Notes under the pieces: model-generated
Databases searched by the model: none
What the model saw: the letters and a program-made list of their open reading frames with translations, nothing else
What the model was told of the DNA's origin: nothing
Shown: positions 50,148-62,858 of the stretch, piece by piece
How the letters are laid out: every line of letters starts with the position of its first letter
Position numbering within the stretch: the stretch's first letter is position 1
NCBI RefSeq assembly: GCF_006345805.1
Contig: NC_042997.1
Coordinates: 209,870,001 to 209,934,000 of the forward strand
Direction of reading: 5' to 3'
Length of the DNA: 64,000 nt
DNA from: Octopus sinensis
Lineage: Eukaryota
Made by a program: the position numbers and the translations under genes

Positions 50148-50255
50148 GTTCTACAGTGGAGTGTTGTTGCTGGCCAAACACAAAAATGGCAAGGACAGAA
50201 TGGTGCAGTCTTTAGACAGAGCCCAGTCTCAGGGCACATTCTACCAGTCTTACCT
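50148..50255 (+). CDS. RPUSD3: RPUSD3-like exon 4 (FYSGVLLLAK...FYQSY-L)
   Basis: CAG/GTAAG boundaries, 108 nt; SGVLLLAK follows RluA motif II. Confidence 0.9.
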
Positions 50256-50269
50256 GTAAGTCACCTTTC

Positions 50270-50510
50270 GTCATCACCATCAGCATCATTGTCATCATCA
50301 TCAGTATTGTCATCTTTGTCGTCATCATCATCATCATCATCATCGTTGTCAGTATTGTCACCATTGTCATCATCATCATCAGCGTCATCATCATCATCGT
50401 CATCATCATCAGCGTCATCATCATCATCGTCATCATCATCATCATCATTGGCATCCTCACTGTCATCATCATAGTCATCATCATAGCATCATCAATTGTC
50501 ATCACCACAC
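50270..50510. repeat. (CAT/CGT)n compound microsatellite
   Basis: Direct reading. Similar tracts at about 59340-59650 and 62420-62815. Confidence 0.95.
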
Positions 50511-50940
50511 ACAAGTGTGTGTCAATATGTCTATATCTTTAAGTGTGTAGCCTTGAATGCATGCATGCACATGTGTGTATGTGTACTACCACTACTGTTA
50601 CTACTACTATTACAACCCTTTATTGTATTGACAACAATAATGATGCTGACTTCAATGACACTTTAGAAATTAGTATGAAGTAATATAATGTACTATTGCC
50701 TATGTATATTTGCATCTAGGTACTAATTTGTGTATGTTTATTATCGCAATATTAAGTCGAAAAACTGAGACGTTGAATGTGGAACATATATATGTTTACT
50801 AATTTATATTATTTATTTATATCATTATGTATATGTATAGGAGTGTGAGTATATGCACTCATATGTATATGTATATGTTGTATTATGGGTATGTACCCAC
50901 ACCCATGTGGATATATATGTAGACTGATTTATATTACATA

Positions 50941-51067
50941 ATCTCCGAAGAGGCCTTATGATATTTTTGCAAATGTCTCATTTATATCTATATATTGACC
51001 AACCATAAAGGGCTAATATTGGTAAAATGAGACATACTTATCTACTTGGCCGAAACAGCTGTAAGAT
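50941..51067 (+). ncRNA. Hammerhead-like motif, family 2 (extended stem II, core U4>C)
   Basis: atct-CCGAAGA-ggcc[~92 nt with internal inverted repeat]ggcc-GAAA-C-AGCT-GTA-agat. Confidence 0.55.
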
Positions 51068-51584
51068 GTAATCTATAATTATATTTATATTTACTTATAT
51101 TTATATTCTCTTTTATATATATATTCTACTTATTATACATCATTACTCTTTTATGTACTCTTTTTTATGTACACTACTGTATGTACACTGATTTGTTCTG
51201 CTTTTTATATTTAACCCTACAGTCTCTTATGTGGTGGTTTAATAAAGTATGTGATTGAGTATTTTCTGGTAATTGATATTTGATTTAGATGTATTTCTCC
51301 ATTTTCTTATCTTGTATTAGTAATTTGTGGTAAATCATTTTACCTTCGCCCATATAATACAGTAAATGAATTAATTGCATCGCAATCATTAACATTTATG
51401 TATTAACTTTGTTTGGGTACTTCACTAGCAGTATATTGGATATACGTTATCCCATGGAGGGTTGCATTTACAACCCCTATCTCAATTTTTATATATATAT
51501 ATATATATATAGATATATATATTTATATATATACACATACATAAACACACATATATTTTATATTTAGTGTATGAATAATTGCAG

Positions 51585-51672
51585 AGCTATAACTGTTGGA
51601 ATACCGAAGCAAGATGCACTTACCAAGTCAAGTTATTACTTAAAGCAAGAAAGAATCAAAGACAGAGTTTTG
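51585..51672 (+). CDS. RPUSD3: RPUSD3-like exon 5 (AITVGIPKQ...KDRVL)
   Basis: CAG/GTAAG boundaries, 88 nt; YLAITVGIP motif IIa. Confidence 0.88.
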
Positions 51673-52780
51673 GTAAGTTCCACTAAACATGTCATTATCA
51701 TATTGATGACAGATTCTTCTTCTTCTTCTTCAATGCCAGCATGGAAAGCAGACATTAAACAGTGATGATGATGATGATGATGTTCATGAAATTTCAATCA
51801 GTAAAAGTGACCCAAGTCATTTAACTTCCTAGAAATAACAGTCAAATTATGATCTGTTTTTCTAAAGAAATAGAAGGCTGTCTTTCTCAAACATAAATTA
51901 GATTACATGTCTCAAGGAACCCCTGCACAAAAAAATGATATGCCATATCTTTCTCATATTTTCTCATCATAGTTCACATGGTAAATCATCATCATCATCA
52001 TCATCATAGTTTAACGTCTGTTTTCGATGCTGGCATGGGTTGGACGGATTGATTGAGGTCTGGAGATCCAGGAGGCTGCACCAGGCTCCAATCTGATCTG
52101 GCAATGTTTCTACAGCTGGATGGCCTTCCTAGTGCCAACCACTCCAAGAGTGTAGTGGGTGCTTTTTACATGCTACCGGTGCAGTTGCCAGTCAGGTGGG
52201 CTTGGCAATGATCATGTTCGGGTAGTGCTTTTTACATGCCACCGGCACGGGTGCCAGTCAGTGGGTACTGGCATCGACTATATTCAGATGGTACTTTTTA
52301 CATGTCATCGGCATGGGAGTCAGTTAGGTGGCTCTGGAATAAACCACATTTGGATCATTCTTTTTATGCGCCACCAGTTCAGAAGCCAGTTGGGACACTG
52401 GTATCGATCACATTTGGATAGTGCTTTTTACATGTCACCTGCATGGGAGCCAGTCAGGGGATACTGGCATTGGCCACGTTTGGATGGTGCTTTTTACGTC
52501 CCACCAGCACGGGTGCCATCCTTGTTTTCATATACATTTGCTGCTTTCTTCCAAGGAATCTAATGCTCTTAGTTTAGTTTTTCCTTGGGGCTGGCCAGAC
52601 TGGAGCAATCTCAAGTATAACCAGTTGAAATTGCAAAGATATTCTGATACTCGACTGAGGAAAGAAAACTCCAAATGATCTGTCCTTGTTTTCTTTGTAT
52701 CATCTATCTGGATGTTTTGTTGTCTCTTTTTTGTATCACCTAACTGTCAGGATGTTTTGCGTGTTCTTGTCCCATTTTTG

Positions 52781-52815
<35 letters not shown>

Positions 52816-52989
52816 CATTATGACCCGTTGTTGCTGGGTCATAGTGCTAGTGCATGTATATATGTGTATATATATGTGTACATATTACATGTCCATCTAT
52901 ATATATACATCTACACATAAAATACAAAATGCAGAGTTATATCTTGATATCGCTAGTGATAACAATACTCAAAATATATAACAGACTGG

Positions 52990-53830
52990 AATTGTTAGCC
53001 CGTCTCTTGCAATTTCGATCAATTGTATCTTGTCCTCCCTCTTGTATAGAAGTGTGGCTACAATCCAGCCTACCTCTGCTTATGGGGGACATTTTAAATT
53101 TTTATCTGGGACGTAGGACGTCCCAGATATAAAGGTAAAAATAAAATATTTCCACTTTGCAAGGTTCGAGTCAGGTACTCCCTTGCACGCTCCATTGACT
53201 CGAACTTTGCTTCTATTGTGGCGAATTTACCGCCTCTGGTTAGATACTTGATATCTTTCATAGTCGCACCAAGACACTTTTCAATGGTGCATTCCTCCAG
53301 GTGTTCAAATCTTTTTTTTACTCTACATTGTATACTTTATAGGCAATAGTCTTTTCTTTAATTTAATTTTTTATTTCGTTTGGTGCTGTTATCCTAGATT
53401 CACCGTCTTTGTTGGTGATCAATCCGAAATAGGTTTGTATTTCTTCCATTTTAATTTTAATGAGTTCGCGCCTGCCGACGGCTACAGCGAAATTCATTTC
53501 TGGACTTTCTTCTATCGAAGGCATTCTAACAAAAATGCTTCCGTATAAACGGTGAAAATATTGTCAATTTCCCCAAACAGAGACAATTCAATTTTTAAAC
53601 AATAACCAAAGCTCCTTCTCCCAAAGGGGGAGGGTTACAGTTTACAATTATTTAACAAATGCAACACAACAATGTTTCCCTTACGAGGAACCAACATACG
53701 TGATAACAATAGTTAAACAGTAATAATAATAGCAATAAACCTTACGGTGAATCAAAAAGCAGTACACAGTTGAAGCTATAGTCCTTTATGTATAAGAAAT
53801 AAACCGACAGCAGTACTCAGAAGAAGCGGC
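52990..53830 (-). mobile_element. Decayed retroelement 5' region / ORF1-like remnant
   Basis: Stop-interrupted frame ...FEHLEECTIEKCLGATMKDIKYLTRGGKFATIEAKFESMERAREY...; more CpG than the flanks; not spliceable into the host gene. Confidence 0.4.
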
Positions 53831-54771
53831 TGTTCGAGAAAACAGACATTACATACAGCCAAACTTCATATAGATACTTAATGCTAGCTAATTAGCAGAT
53901 AATCTAATGTAATAGCCGTGGTGAATGGTATGTGCACAGCTCCATCTGGACTATTCCATTTCTGCACTTAAATTTTATTTTTTATTTATTCCCATTCATG
54001 TGAAACCACTTATTCAAGTTCAAATCATTGATGCAATTTTATACCAATTGCTATTTTTACTTTTGTTATGTTACGATTATATTATACTTTAGTTTGATTT
54101 TAATTATTACTAACTACATATAATTCAATTGTTATTATTATCTCCAATTTTACAGTGAAAGTATCTGACATAGAATAGAGAAATGTTTTTGTTTCACTTT
54201 TAACACATAATACTGAAATAGTGGAGAAGATATGATATTGCTATGGGCTCGCTCTAGGCAAGAAGTTGAACATTTTTTTTGCCCCTGAAACTACATGGCT
54301 CCTAAGTAAGGCATGTGTAAAATTTGAATGAAATTGGTTGTGTAGCTCTCAAGTTTTAGGCAAACATACATACAGACAGACAGACACACATTCTCAGTTT
54401 TTTATATATATATGGTTGTTATATTTTTTGATAATATAATAGGTTAGATAGGATGATGTCTATGTTACAATATGTTTATAAGCCATTTCAAAAACACACA
54501 AAATTTTGACACAAATTAAATTTAAATGTTGAAGTGAATCTAACGAATTTTGTGTGTTTTTAAATGGCTTATAAACACCTTCCACGCTGCAATTGTTTTC
54601 GTTTCAGAACATGATCTCAGATTAGGTTACTTGCTATTATGCAAGTACATCTCCATAATATATATATACATATCAAAATGAGGATGGAAAATTGGATATT
54701 AATTTGATAACATCAATTTAACCCCAGTGGTCTAGCATATAAAAAAAACTGAGATTCAGTAAATAGTATTA

Positions 54772-54939
54772 CATACATAAATATAAGAGGGAATTTTTTT
54801 AACCACTATGTGGAAACCATTATGCTAGAAGAAGATCCGCTATGGTCTCTTAGTGGTTGCGACCATAGCAGATCTTCTTCTAGCATAAGGATTTCCACAT
54901 AATGGTTAAAAAAAAAATTCCCTCTTATATTTATGTATG
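54772..54939. mobile_element. Hairpin MITE related to 17785-18066 (~78-bp arms)
   Basis: catacataaatataagagggaattt... and ...aaattccctcttatatttatgtatg. Confidence 0.75.
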
Positions 54940-56309
54940 AAGTATATATACATACATACATACATATATATATATATATCTGGTTATAGTTTTTTATGAT
55001 AACATAATAGGGTAGATAGGATGATGTCTATATTACAATAACCAATAGTATGTTGTGAATGTATAGTAATATTATGATCATGAAATTAGTATTAGCTTGT
55101 CTCACTCTTTCTTGTGGAACCCTAGGGTTCCAGGGAACCCCGGTTGAAAAATGCTGATATAAGGACTCATTTGTAAATGTAATCCTAAGTACATTTATGT
55201 TGGATGCTCATGGCTGCAGTATCTTTGATGGTAAGTGTGGTTAATGTGATCTGTCCTTGGGCTAAAGACCATCAATCCTCTTTTGTGGTTAAGAAGATTG
55301 CTTCCCAAAAATGTGGTTTCAGGTTCAGTCCTGCAGTGTGGCACCTTGGGCAAGTGTCTTTTGTTGTGGCTGTAGTAAAGCCTTGTCAGTGGATTTGGGA
55401 GATGGAAACTGAAAGAAGCCCATCGTGTGTGTGTGTCTATTCTTGTCTTGATATTGTGTGATGGTTGTAAATGAGCATCACCATCATACAAGTATTCTTC
55501 CTGAGAAAACATGTCCTTGCCATGGAGAAATATTACAATAGTTGGAAACCAGTGAGGGTTAGTGACAGGAAGGGCATCCGGCCATAGAAAATCCACCTCT
55601 GAATTCCGTCTGACCCATACAGGTATGGAAAAGTAGATGTTAAAATGATGATGATGATGATGGTAGTGGTGGTGGTGGTGGTGGTGATGATACTGATGGT
55701 GTCTTGATATTTCAGGAATATTTGGCCACCAGCACGGAAGCCAGTCAAGCCAGCGCTGCCTAGACTGGCTTCCGTGCCGATGGCACGTAAAAAGCACCAT
55801 CCGAATCGTGGCCGATGCCAGCAGCCTTGACTGGCTTCCGTGCCGGTGGCATGTAAAAAGCACCATCTGAATCGTGGCCGATGCCAGCGCTGCCTTGACT
55901 GCCTTCCGTGCCAGTGGCACGTAAAATGCACCAATCCGATCATGGCCGTTGCCAGCCTCGCCTGGCACCTGTGCCAGTGGCACGTAAAAAGCACCCACTA
56001 TACTCACGGAGTGGTTGGCGTTAAGAAGGGCATCCAGCTGTAGAAACACTGCCAGATCAGACTGGAGCCTGGTGCAGCCTCCTGGCTTCCCAGATCCCCG
56101 GTAGAACCTATTTCTTTACTACCCACAAGGAGCTAAACACAGAGGGTACAAACAAGGACAGACAAACGGATTAAGTCGATTACATCGACCCCAGTGCGTA
56201 ACTGGTACTTATTTAATCGACCCCAAGTCGACCTCGGCGGAATTTGAACTCAGAACGTAACGGCAGACGAAATACGGCTACGCATTTCACCTGGCGTGCT
56301 AATGTTTCT

Positions 56310-56393
56310 GCAGTAGTAGTAGTGGTAGTATTAGTAGTAGTAGTAGTGGTGGTAGTAGTAGTAGTGGTAGTGGTGGTAGTAGTAGTAGTAGTT

Positions 56394-56431
<38 letters not shown>

Positions 56432-56440
56432 TGTGGTGGT
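56310..56440. repeat. (GTA/GTG)n microsatellite; a near-duplicate flanks the other side of exon 6 (about 56835-56955)
   Basis: Both tracts end gtagtggttgtggtggtggcac. Confidence 0.9.
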
Positions 56441-56547
56441 GGCACATAGAACCGTCCAACCCATGCTAGCATGGAGAACAGACGTTAAACGATGATGATG
56501 ATGATGATGATGATGATTTGGCATTGATGTTGTTTCTTTATTTCCAG

Positions 56548-56680
56548 TCCCTGCCAACTGAGACCGTTTCCAAAAATCTGAGAAAAAGTGGGAAGATCCA
56601 GCTAATGGAAGTTCAAACTACAATACTGAAGAAGAATGAGGTGTTAAACTGTGCCTTAGTGAGACTTGATACTGTGAAAG
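56548..56680 (+). CDS. RPUSD3: RPUSD3-like exon 6 (SLPTETVSK...CALVRLDTVK-D)
   Basis: CAG/GTAAG boundaries, 133 nt; CALVxL as in RPUSD3/4. Confidence 0.88.
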
Positions 56681-57154
56681 GTAAGACTGTAGGGGTCTGC
56701 AGGAACCGGTCGGGTGGGGGGAAGCATTGTTTTATATTTTGGAGAGATTCTTTCTCGGGTGAGGGTCACCACATTGTGCTTTATTCTTTTCTAATTTTTC
56801 ATTACTGCTTCTATTGTTGTACTTTGAATGTTGCTAGTAGTAGTAGTAGTGGTTGTGGTGGTGGTGGTGGTAGTAGTGGTAGTAGTGGTAGTAGTGGTAG
56901 TAGTAGTAGTGTAGTGGTGGTAGTAGTAGTAGTAGTAGTGGTTGTGGTGGTGGCACTTAGCTTTGTGCACTTGATTCTCAACAACAGGCTTTCTTTGGAC
57001 CTTCAGCTTTCCTAGGGCTGTAGCATTTCTTAATCTGTCTTCCCAGTTTATTCTTCCCAATCTTAAGAAAGACCAACATCTCAATGGCATCTCCCTTTTT
57101 TTCCCATTGTCCGAGTATCTGCTGCGTGGAGGACAACTGCCATAATATGACAGC

Positions 57155-58336
57155 TTAACCCTTTTGTTACCATATTTCTGTTGAGATGTTCTGTGTTTCT
57201 TTCAATTAATTTTAAATATAACAAAGAATTTAGTAAAATAACTTAGTTATCATTTAGCTGGTGTTAGGAACACAAATTGTGACTAGGTTTGGTGGAAGAT
57301 TTTAATTCAAAACTTATGAAGACAAACATTTGTACTCAGAGCCAGAGCTGGTTTCAGCTAGGTTGCTATGAAAAGGGTTAAATTTTTTACCAACCCCTTT
57401 TGTCACCATATTTCTGTTGAGATGTTGTGTGTTTCTTTCAATTAATTTTAAATATAACAAAGAATTTAGTAAAATAACTTAGTTATCATTTAGCTGGTTG
57501 TTAGGAACACAATTGTGACTAGGTTTGGTGGAAGATTTTAATTCAAAACTTATGAAGACAAGACATTTGTACTCAGAGCCAAGCTGGTTTCAGCAGGTTT
57601 TGCTATGAAAAGGTTAAATATTTGTTACCACATTTCCCCCTTTTGTCACCATATTTCTGTTGAGATGTTGTGTGTTTCTTTCAATTAATTTTAAATATAA
57701 CAAAGAATTTAGTAAAATAACTTAGTTATCATTTAGCTGGTGTTAGGAACACAAATTGTGACTAAGGTTTGGTGGAAGATTTTAATTCAAAACTTATGAA
57801 GACAAGACATTTGTACTCAGAGCCAGAGCTGGTTTCAGCTAGGTTGCTATGAAAAGGGTTAAATTATTTGTTACCCCTTTTGTCACCATATTTCTGTTGA
57901 GATGTTGTGTGTTTCTTTCAATTAATTTTAAATATAACAAAGAATTTAGTAAAATAACTTAGTTATCATTTAGCTGGTGTTAGGAACACAAATTGTGACT
58001 AAGGTTTGGTGGAAGATTTTAATTCAAAACTTATGAAAACAAGACATTTGTACTCAGAGCCAGAGCTGGTTTCAGCTAGGTTGCTATGAAAAGGGTTAAA
58101 TTATTTGTTACCCCTTTTGTCACCATATTTCTGTTGAGATGTTGTGTGTTTCTTTCAATTAATTTTAAATATAACAAAGAATTTAGTAAAATAACTTAGT
58201 TATCATTTAGCTGGTGTTAGGAACACAAATTGTGACTAAGGTTTGGTGGAAGATTTTAATTCAAAACTTATGGAAACAAGACATTTGTGCACAGAGCCAG
58301 AGCCAGTTTCAGCTGGGTTGGTATTGAAAGGGTTAA
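57155..58336 (+). mobile_element. Tandem array (5 units, ~236 bp) of a piggyBac-like MITE
   Basis: Array begins TTAACCCTT and ends AAGGGTTAA. A solo inverted copy is at about 41338-41558 and a partial copy at about 33795-33937. Confidence 0.8.
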
Positions 58337-58850
58337 TAGCCTCAGTTTTGGGTCCAGCAACATGTAGCCTTATCCAGGTACAGAACAACACTCTAGAAAC
58401 AACATCACATAATGTCCTCAGAATGGTCCAGAGAAGGATTTATTTCTGTTATCTTGTAATTGTAAACAACGGATACAATCATTTGCTTTGCAGGCTGCTG
58501 TGAAAACATGTCTGGGCTTAATACAGTTCTAGATTTTAGAGATGAGGAATTCATCATCATTATCATCGTTTGACTGGGGTCTGGGAAGCCAGGAGGCTGC
58601 ACCAGTGTTTCTACAGCTGGATGCCCTTCCTAATGCCAACCACTCCATGAATGTACTGGGTGCTTTTTATGTGCCACCGGCACGGGAGCCAGGGGAGGCT
58701 GGCAACAGCTACGATCTGTTGGTGCTTTCTATGTGCCACCGGCATGGAAGCCAGTCAAGCTGGCGCTGGCATTGACCACGTTTGGATGGTGCTTTTTACG
58801 TGCCGCTGGCACAGGTATCACAACTACAATTTCCATTTGGTACATCATCC

Positions 58851-58905
58851 AAAACGTGTTAACAACAAACAAGATGAGGACAAATATCCGTTAAATGTAA
58901 ATAAT
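58851..58905 (+). mobile_element. Tail-only fragment of the hammerhead element
   Basis: gtgttaacaacaaacaagatgaggacaaatatccg matches the family tail; the CTGATGA core is absent. Confidence 0.7.
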
Positions 58906-59743
58906 ATCCAGGCTTCATCAAATGTCTTGGCATCATCATTTAACATGTTCTCCATGCTGGCATGGGTGGAACGGTTTGAGTGGAGCTGGCAAGTCAGAGA
59001 GCTACACCAGGCTCCAGTTGTCTGTTTTGGCTAGCTTTCTACAGCTGGGTTCCCTTCCGGGTGCCAGCCCTTTTACAAAGTGGACTGCATGCTTTTTACA
59101 TGGTACGAGCACCATCTTTATTAACCGAAAGACTCTGAGATATGATGCTTTTGTTTCCAGTTCTCCGCATTACAAAGTCTGGGCTGTTCATTGCTTGACA
59201 AACCAGTGAAGAATTATTACCTTGGTTGGAAGCAGGTGAGGGTTGACAGCAGGAAGGATTGCGTCCTTAGAGAATCCAACTCAGTGACTTCTTTTTGACT
59301 CATGCAAGCATGGGAAAGTAGATTTTAAAACAATGATGTCTACAGCAATGATGATGATGGTGGTAATGGTGATGATAATGATGATGATGATGGTGGTGGT
59401 GATATGATGATGATGATGACGACAACAATGACAATGATGATGATGACGATGATGGTTGTGGTGATGATGATGATAACGATGATAATGACAATAACGATGA
59501 TGATGACGACGATGGCGATGGTGATGGTAGTGGTGGTGGTGATAATGATGATGGTGGTGGTGATATGATGATGATGGTGGTGGTGGTGATGATAATGATG
59601 ATGGTGGTGGTAATAATGACGACGATGACAAGGATGATGGTGGTGGTGGTCTTTTTGCTTGTCTTTGAAATGTTAGTTTTGTTTTGTTGTTGTAATTCTT
59701 CTCATTGTTGTTGTTGTAATTCTTCTCATTGTTGTTGTTGTAG

Positions 59744-59883
59744 ATAAATGGCAGTGCTTAGAGGTATACTGCACCACACAGCTGTGCCATGTGCTGGGAG
59801 ACTACCTCTACTCCGGACGAGTAGGAAAAGTATTTGGTGTTCCAATACTCATGGAACCTCATTTAGCAAACGTTGGCAAACAG
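59744..59883 (+). CDS. RPUSD3: RPUSD3-like exon 7 (KWQCLEVYCTTQLCHVLGDYLYSGRVGKVFG...KQ)
   Basis: TAG/GTAAG boundaries, 140 nt. QLCxVLGDxxYSxRVGxVxG resembles human RPUSD3 as recalled, more than RPUSD4. Confidence 0.9.
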
Positions 59884-62263
59884 GTAAGGGTCATTTCCTT
59901 TTTTTTTCTTGTTTTATTATTTTTTTGGGTGGCGAGCTGGCAGAAACGTTAGCACGCCGGGCAAAATGCTTAGCGGTATTTCGTCTGCCATTACGTTCTG
60001 AGTTCAAATTCTGCCGAGGTCGACTTTGCCTTTCAGCCTTTCAGGGTCAATAAATTAAGTACCAGTTACACACTGGGGTCAATATAATCGACTTAATCCC
60101 TTTGTCTGTCCTTGTTAGTCCTCTCTGTGTTTAGCCCCTTGAGGGTAGTAAAGAAATAGGTATTTCATCTCTCTTTACGTTCCGAGTTCAAATTCTGCCG
60201 AGGTCGACTTTGCCTTTCATCCTTTCAGGGTTGATTAAATAAGTACCAGTTACGCACTGGTGTCGATGTAATCGACTTAATCCCTTTGTTTGTCCCCTCT
60301 ATGTTTAGTCCCCTGTGGGCAATAAAGAAATAATAGTTTTTTTGTGCCGTAGAACTCCTAAGGCCTGTTACCCAGTTTCTATGACAATTACTTGACTGAG
60401 ATTGCAACATTCCCCTGGATGGGATGCCAGTCCATTTGCAGAGATCAAAGCTAGCAATTTTGAGGGGAAGGAGGAAGTTGATTACATCCATCCCAGCACT
60501 TGACTGGCATTTGATTTCATTGACTAAGGAGATGAAAGGTAAAGTTGGCCTTGGCAGTATTCGAATTCAGAACTTAAGTGGTCGGAAGGAATGTTATTAA
60601 ACTTTTTTTATCTGATATGTTAATGATGCTGCTAGCTCACCGCCTTAAGGATCCTTAGGGCAGCAAGCAGGCACTGCCTAAAGCTGAGGCATATTGTGCC
60701 AGTTGTCCTCTACACGGCAGAAAGTTGGATGATGTGCAGAACAATATGAAAGAAGGGCAATGTGTTTGGAACGTGGATCTTTTGTAGATTGGGCCGAAAA
60801 AGCCTGGAAGACAGGGTAACGAATGCTGCAGTATGAGTAAAGCTGAGAATACAAAGATAACCTGTTTTTTGAGAATCAAGTCTACAAAGTTAGATAGCCC
60901 CTACTGCTGCTGCTGCTGCTACTACTACTACTACTACCACCACCACCACCACCATTTGGTCTTCTTTTATTACAACTTCTTTATGATTTAAAGTGTGTGA
61001 TCTTGTGGTTGACGTGTTGGTCTCATGATTTCAATTGTAAAGGTCGGGTGTTCTATTCCTGGATTGGGTGCTGCATTGTGTCCTTAAGTAAGGAACATCA
61101 TTTCACATTGTTGTACTCTACTTGGATAAAAATGAGTACCAGCTGAGTGACAGTGCTGCCCTGACTCTCTTCCTCTCTCTCTTTCTTTCTCTCTCTCCAT
61201 CCGTGATGTTTCTCAGGGCCAAGGGCAAGAGAGTCAAGAGAGTGTTTATGTTATGCTTCTCAGCCACATGGTTCTGGGTTCAGTCCCACCGTGTGGCACG
61301 TTGGGCAAGTGCCTTGGGCCGACCAAAGCCTTGTGAATAGATTTGGTAGATGGAAAATGAAAGAATCCCATTGTGTGTATATATATATATATATGTGTGT
61401 GTGTATGTGTGTTTGTCTCCCATCACCACATGGCAACTGGTGTTGGTGTGTTTACGTCCCTGTAACTTAGTGGTTCAAAAAATGAAACCAATAAAATAAG
61501 CAACAAGTTACAAAAGTAATAAGTACTGGGGGGGGGTCAATTTGTTCAACTAAAATTCTTCGAAGAGGTGCCCCAGCATGGCCACAGTCTAATGACTGAA
61601 ACATGTAATAGAAGGTGGCGAGCTGGCAGAACCGTTAGCACACCAGGCGAAATGCCTAGCAGTATTTCGTCTGTCTTTACGTTCTGAGTTCAAATTCTGC
61701 CGAGGTCGACTTTACCTTTCATCCTTTCGGGGTCGATAAATTAAGTAGCAGTTAGTTGTGTACTGGGGTCGATGTAATCGACTTAATCCTTTTGTCTGTC
61801 CTTGTTTGTCCCCTTTGTGTTTGGCCCCTTGTGGGCGATAAAGAAATATGAAACATGTAAAAGACAAAAGGTACAATCAACAATCAGTGGTGTTAGAAGG
61901 AAGTTTAGCTGGTATTTCTAGCATATCGAATGGCTGGTTAGATATTTCATTGGTGGCTCCTTAAGATTGTTGTTATTTATAGAAGGTAGAGGAGTGTGGT
62001 GGGTGAGATTGATAATAGAAGGGTAGGCTAAAATACCACCTGCACCACCACCATTACCACCACCACCAGCACCACCACCATCATCATCATCACCATTGCT
62101 GTTGTTGTCAGTCTCTTTATCATTGTCATCATCATCATCATCATCATTGTTTTATGTCCATTTTTCCATGCTTGCAAGGCTTGGATGGTCATCTTCAGTA
62201 CAAACTGAACATTGAGGAGAGAGAGAGAGGTAGATAGATAGATAGATAGTGAGAGAGAGAGAG

Positions 62264-62324
<61 letters not shown>

Positions 62325-62858
62325 AGCCGTTGCAGTGTAAAAGATAAAAGATCTAAATAGTTTCCTCTGTTTTACTCAGCACTTCCTGACCCCTTCCCTT
62401 TGATCCTTGCTTGACTTGGAGGCTGAACAGCATCAGCATCATCATCATATTCATTTGATTATCATTACTGCCACCACCACCACCACCACTATTTTCACCA
62501 ACACCATCATCATCATCAACATCATCATCAACATCATCATCTTAATGGTGATTATCATCACCACTTTAATGGCTATTATCATTGCATCATCATCAACACA
62601 GCCAGCATCAGCGCCACCATCACCACTACCAACACTACCAATCACCACTAACGCTACTGTATCACCACCACCACTACCACAGCCAACACTACTCTTATCA
62701 CCACTACTACGATAGTCACCACCACCACCACCAAAGCCATTATCACCACAACCATGACCACCATCACAGTCACCACCACCACAGTTGCACCACCACCACC
62801 GCCACCACCACCATGTATATGATAAAAGAATTTTAAATACATTTGTCTTTATTTTCAG

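Noticed and set aside
52982-53132. Possible extra RPUSD3-like exon (LELLARLLQF...)
   Set aside because: Exons 5 and 6 already join in frame; there is no similarity to RluA proteins, and it overlaps a retroelement remnant.
53815-53870. ctcagaagaagcggctg...cagccaaac, hammerhead-like
   Set aside because: Needs several core changes and has no convincing stem I or III.
55195-56049. 284-aa - strand ORF
   Set aside because: Read-through of SINE families B and C and a microsatellite; the same peptides recur in many repeat copies.
60365-60435. Segment on - (atggactggcatcccatccagggg) resembling a conserved MetaSINE-type central domain
   Set aside because: Too short and based on recall only; it needs a Dfam search before being reported.
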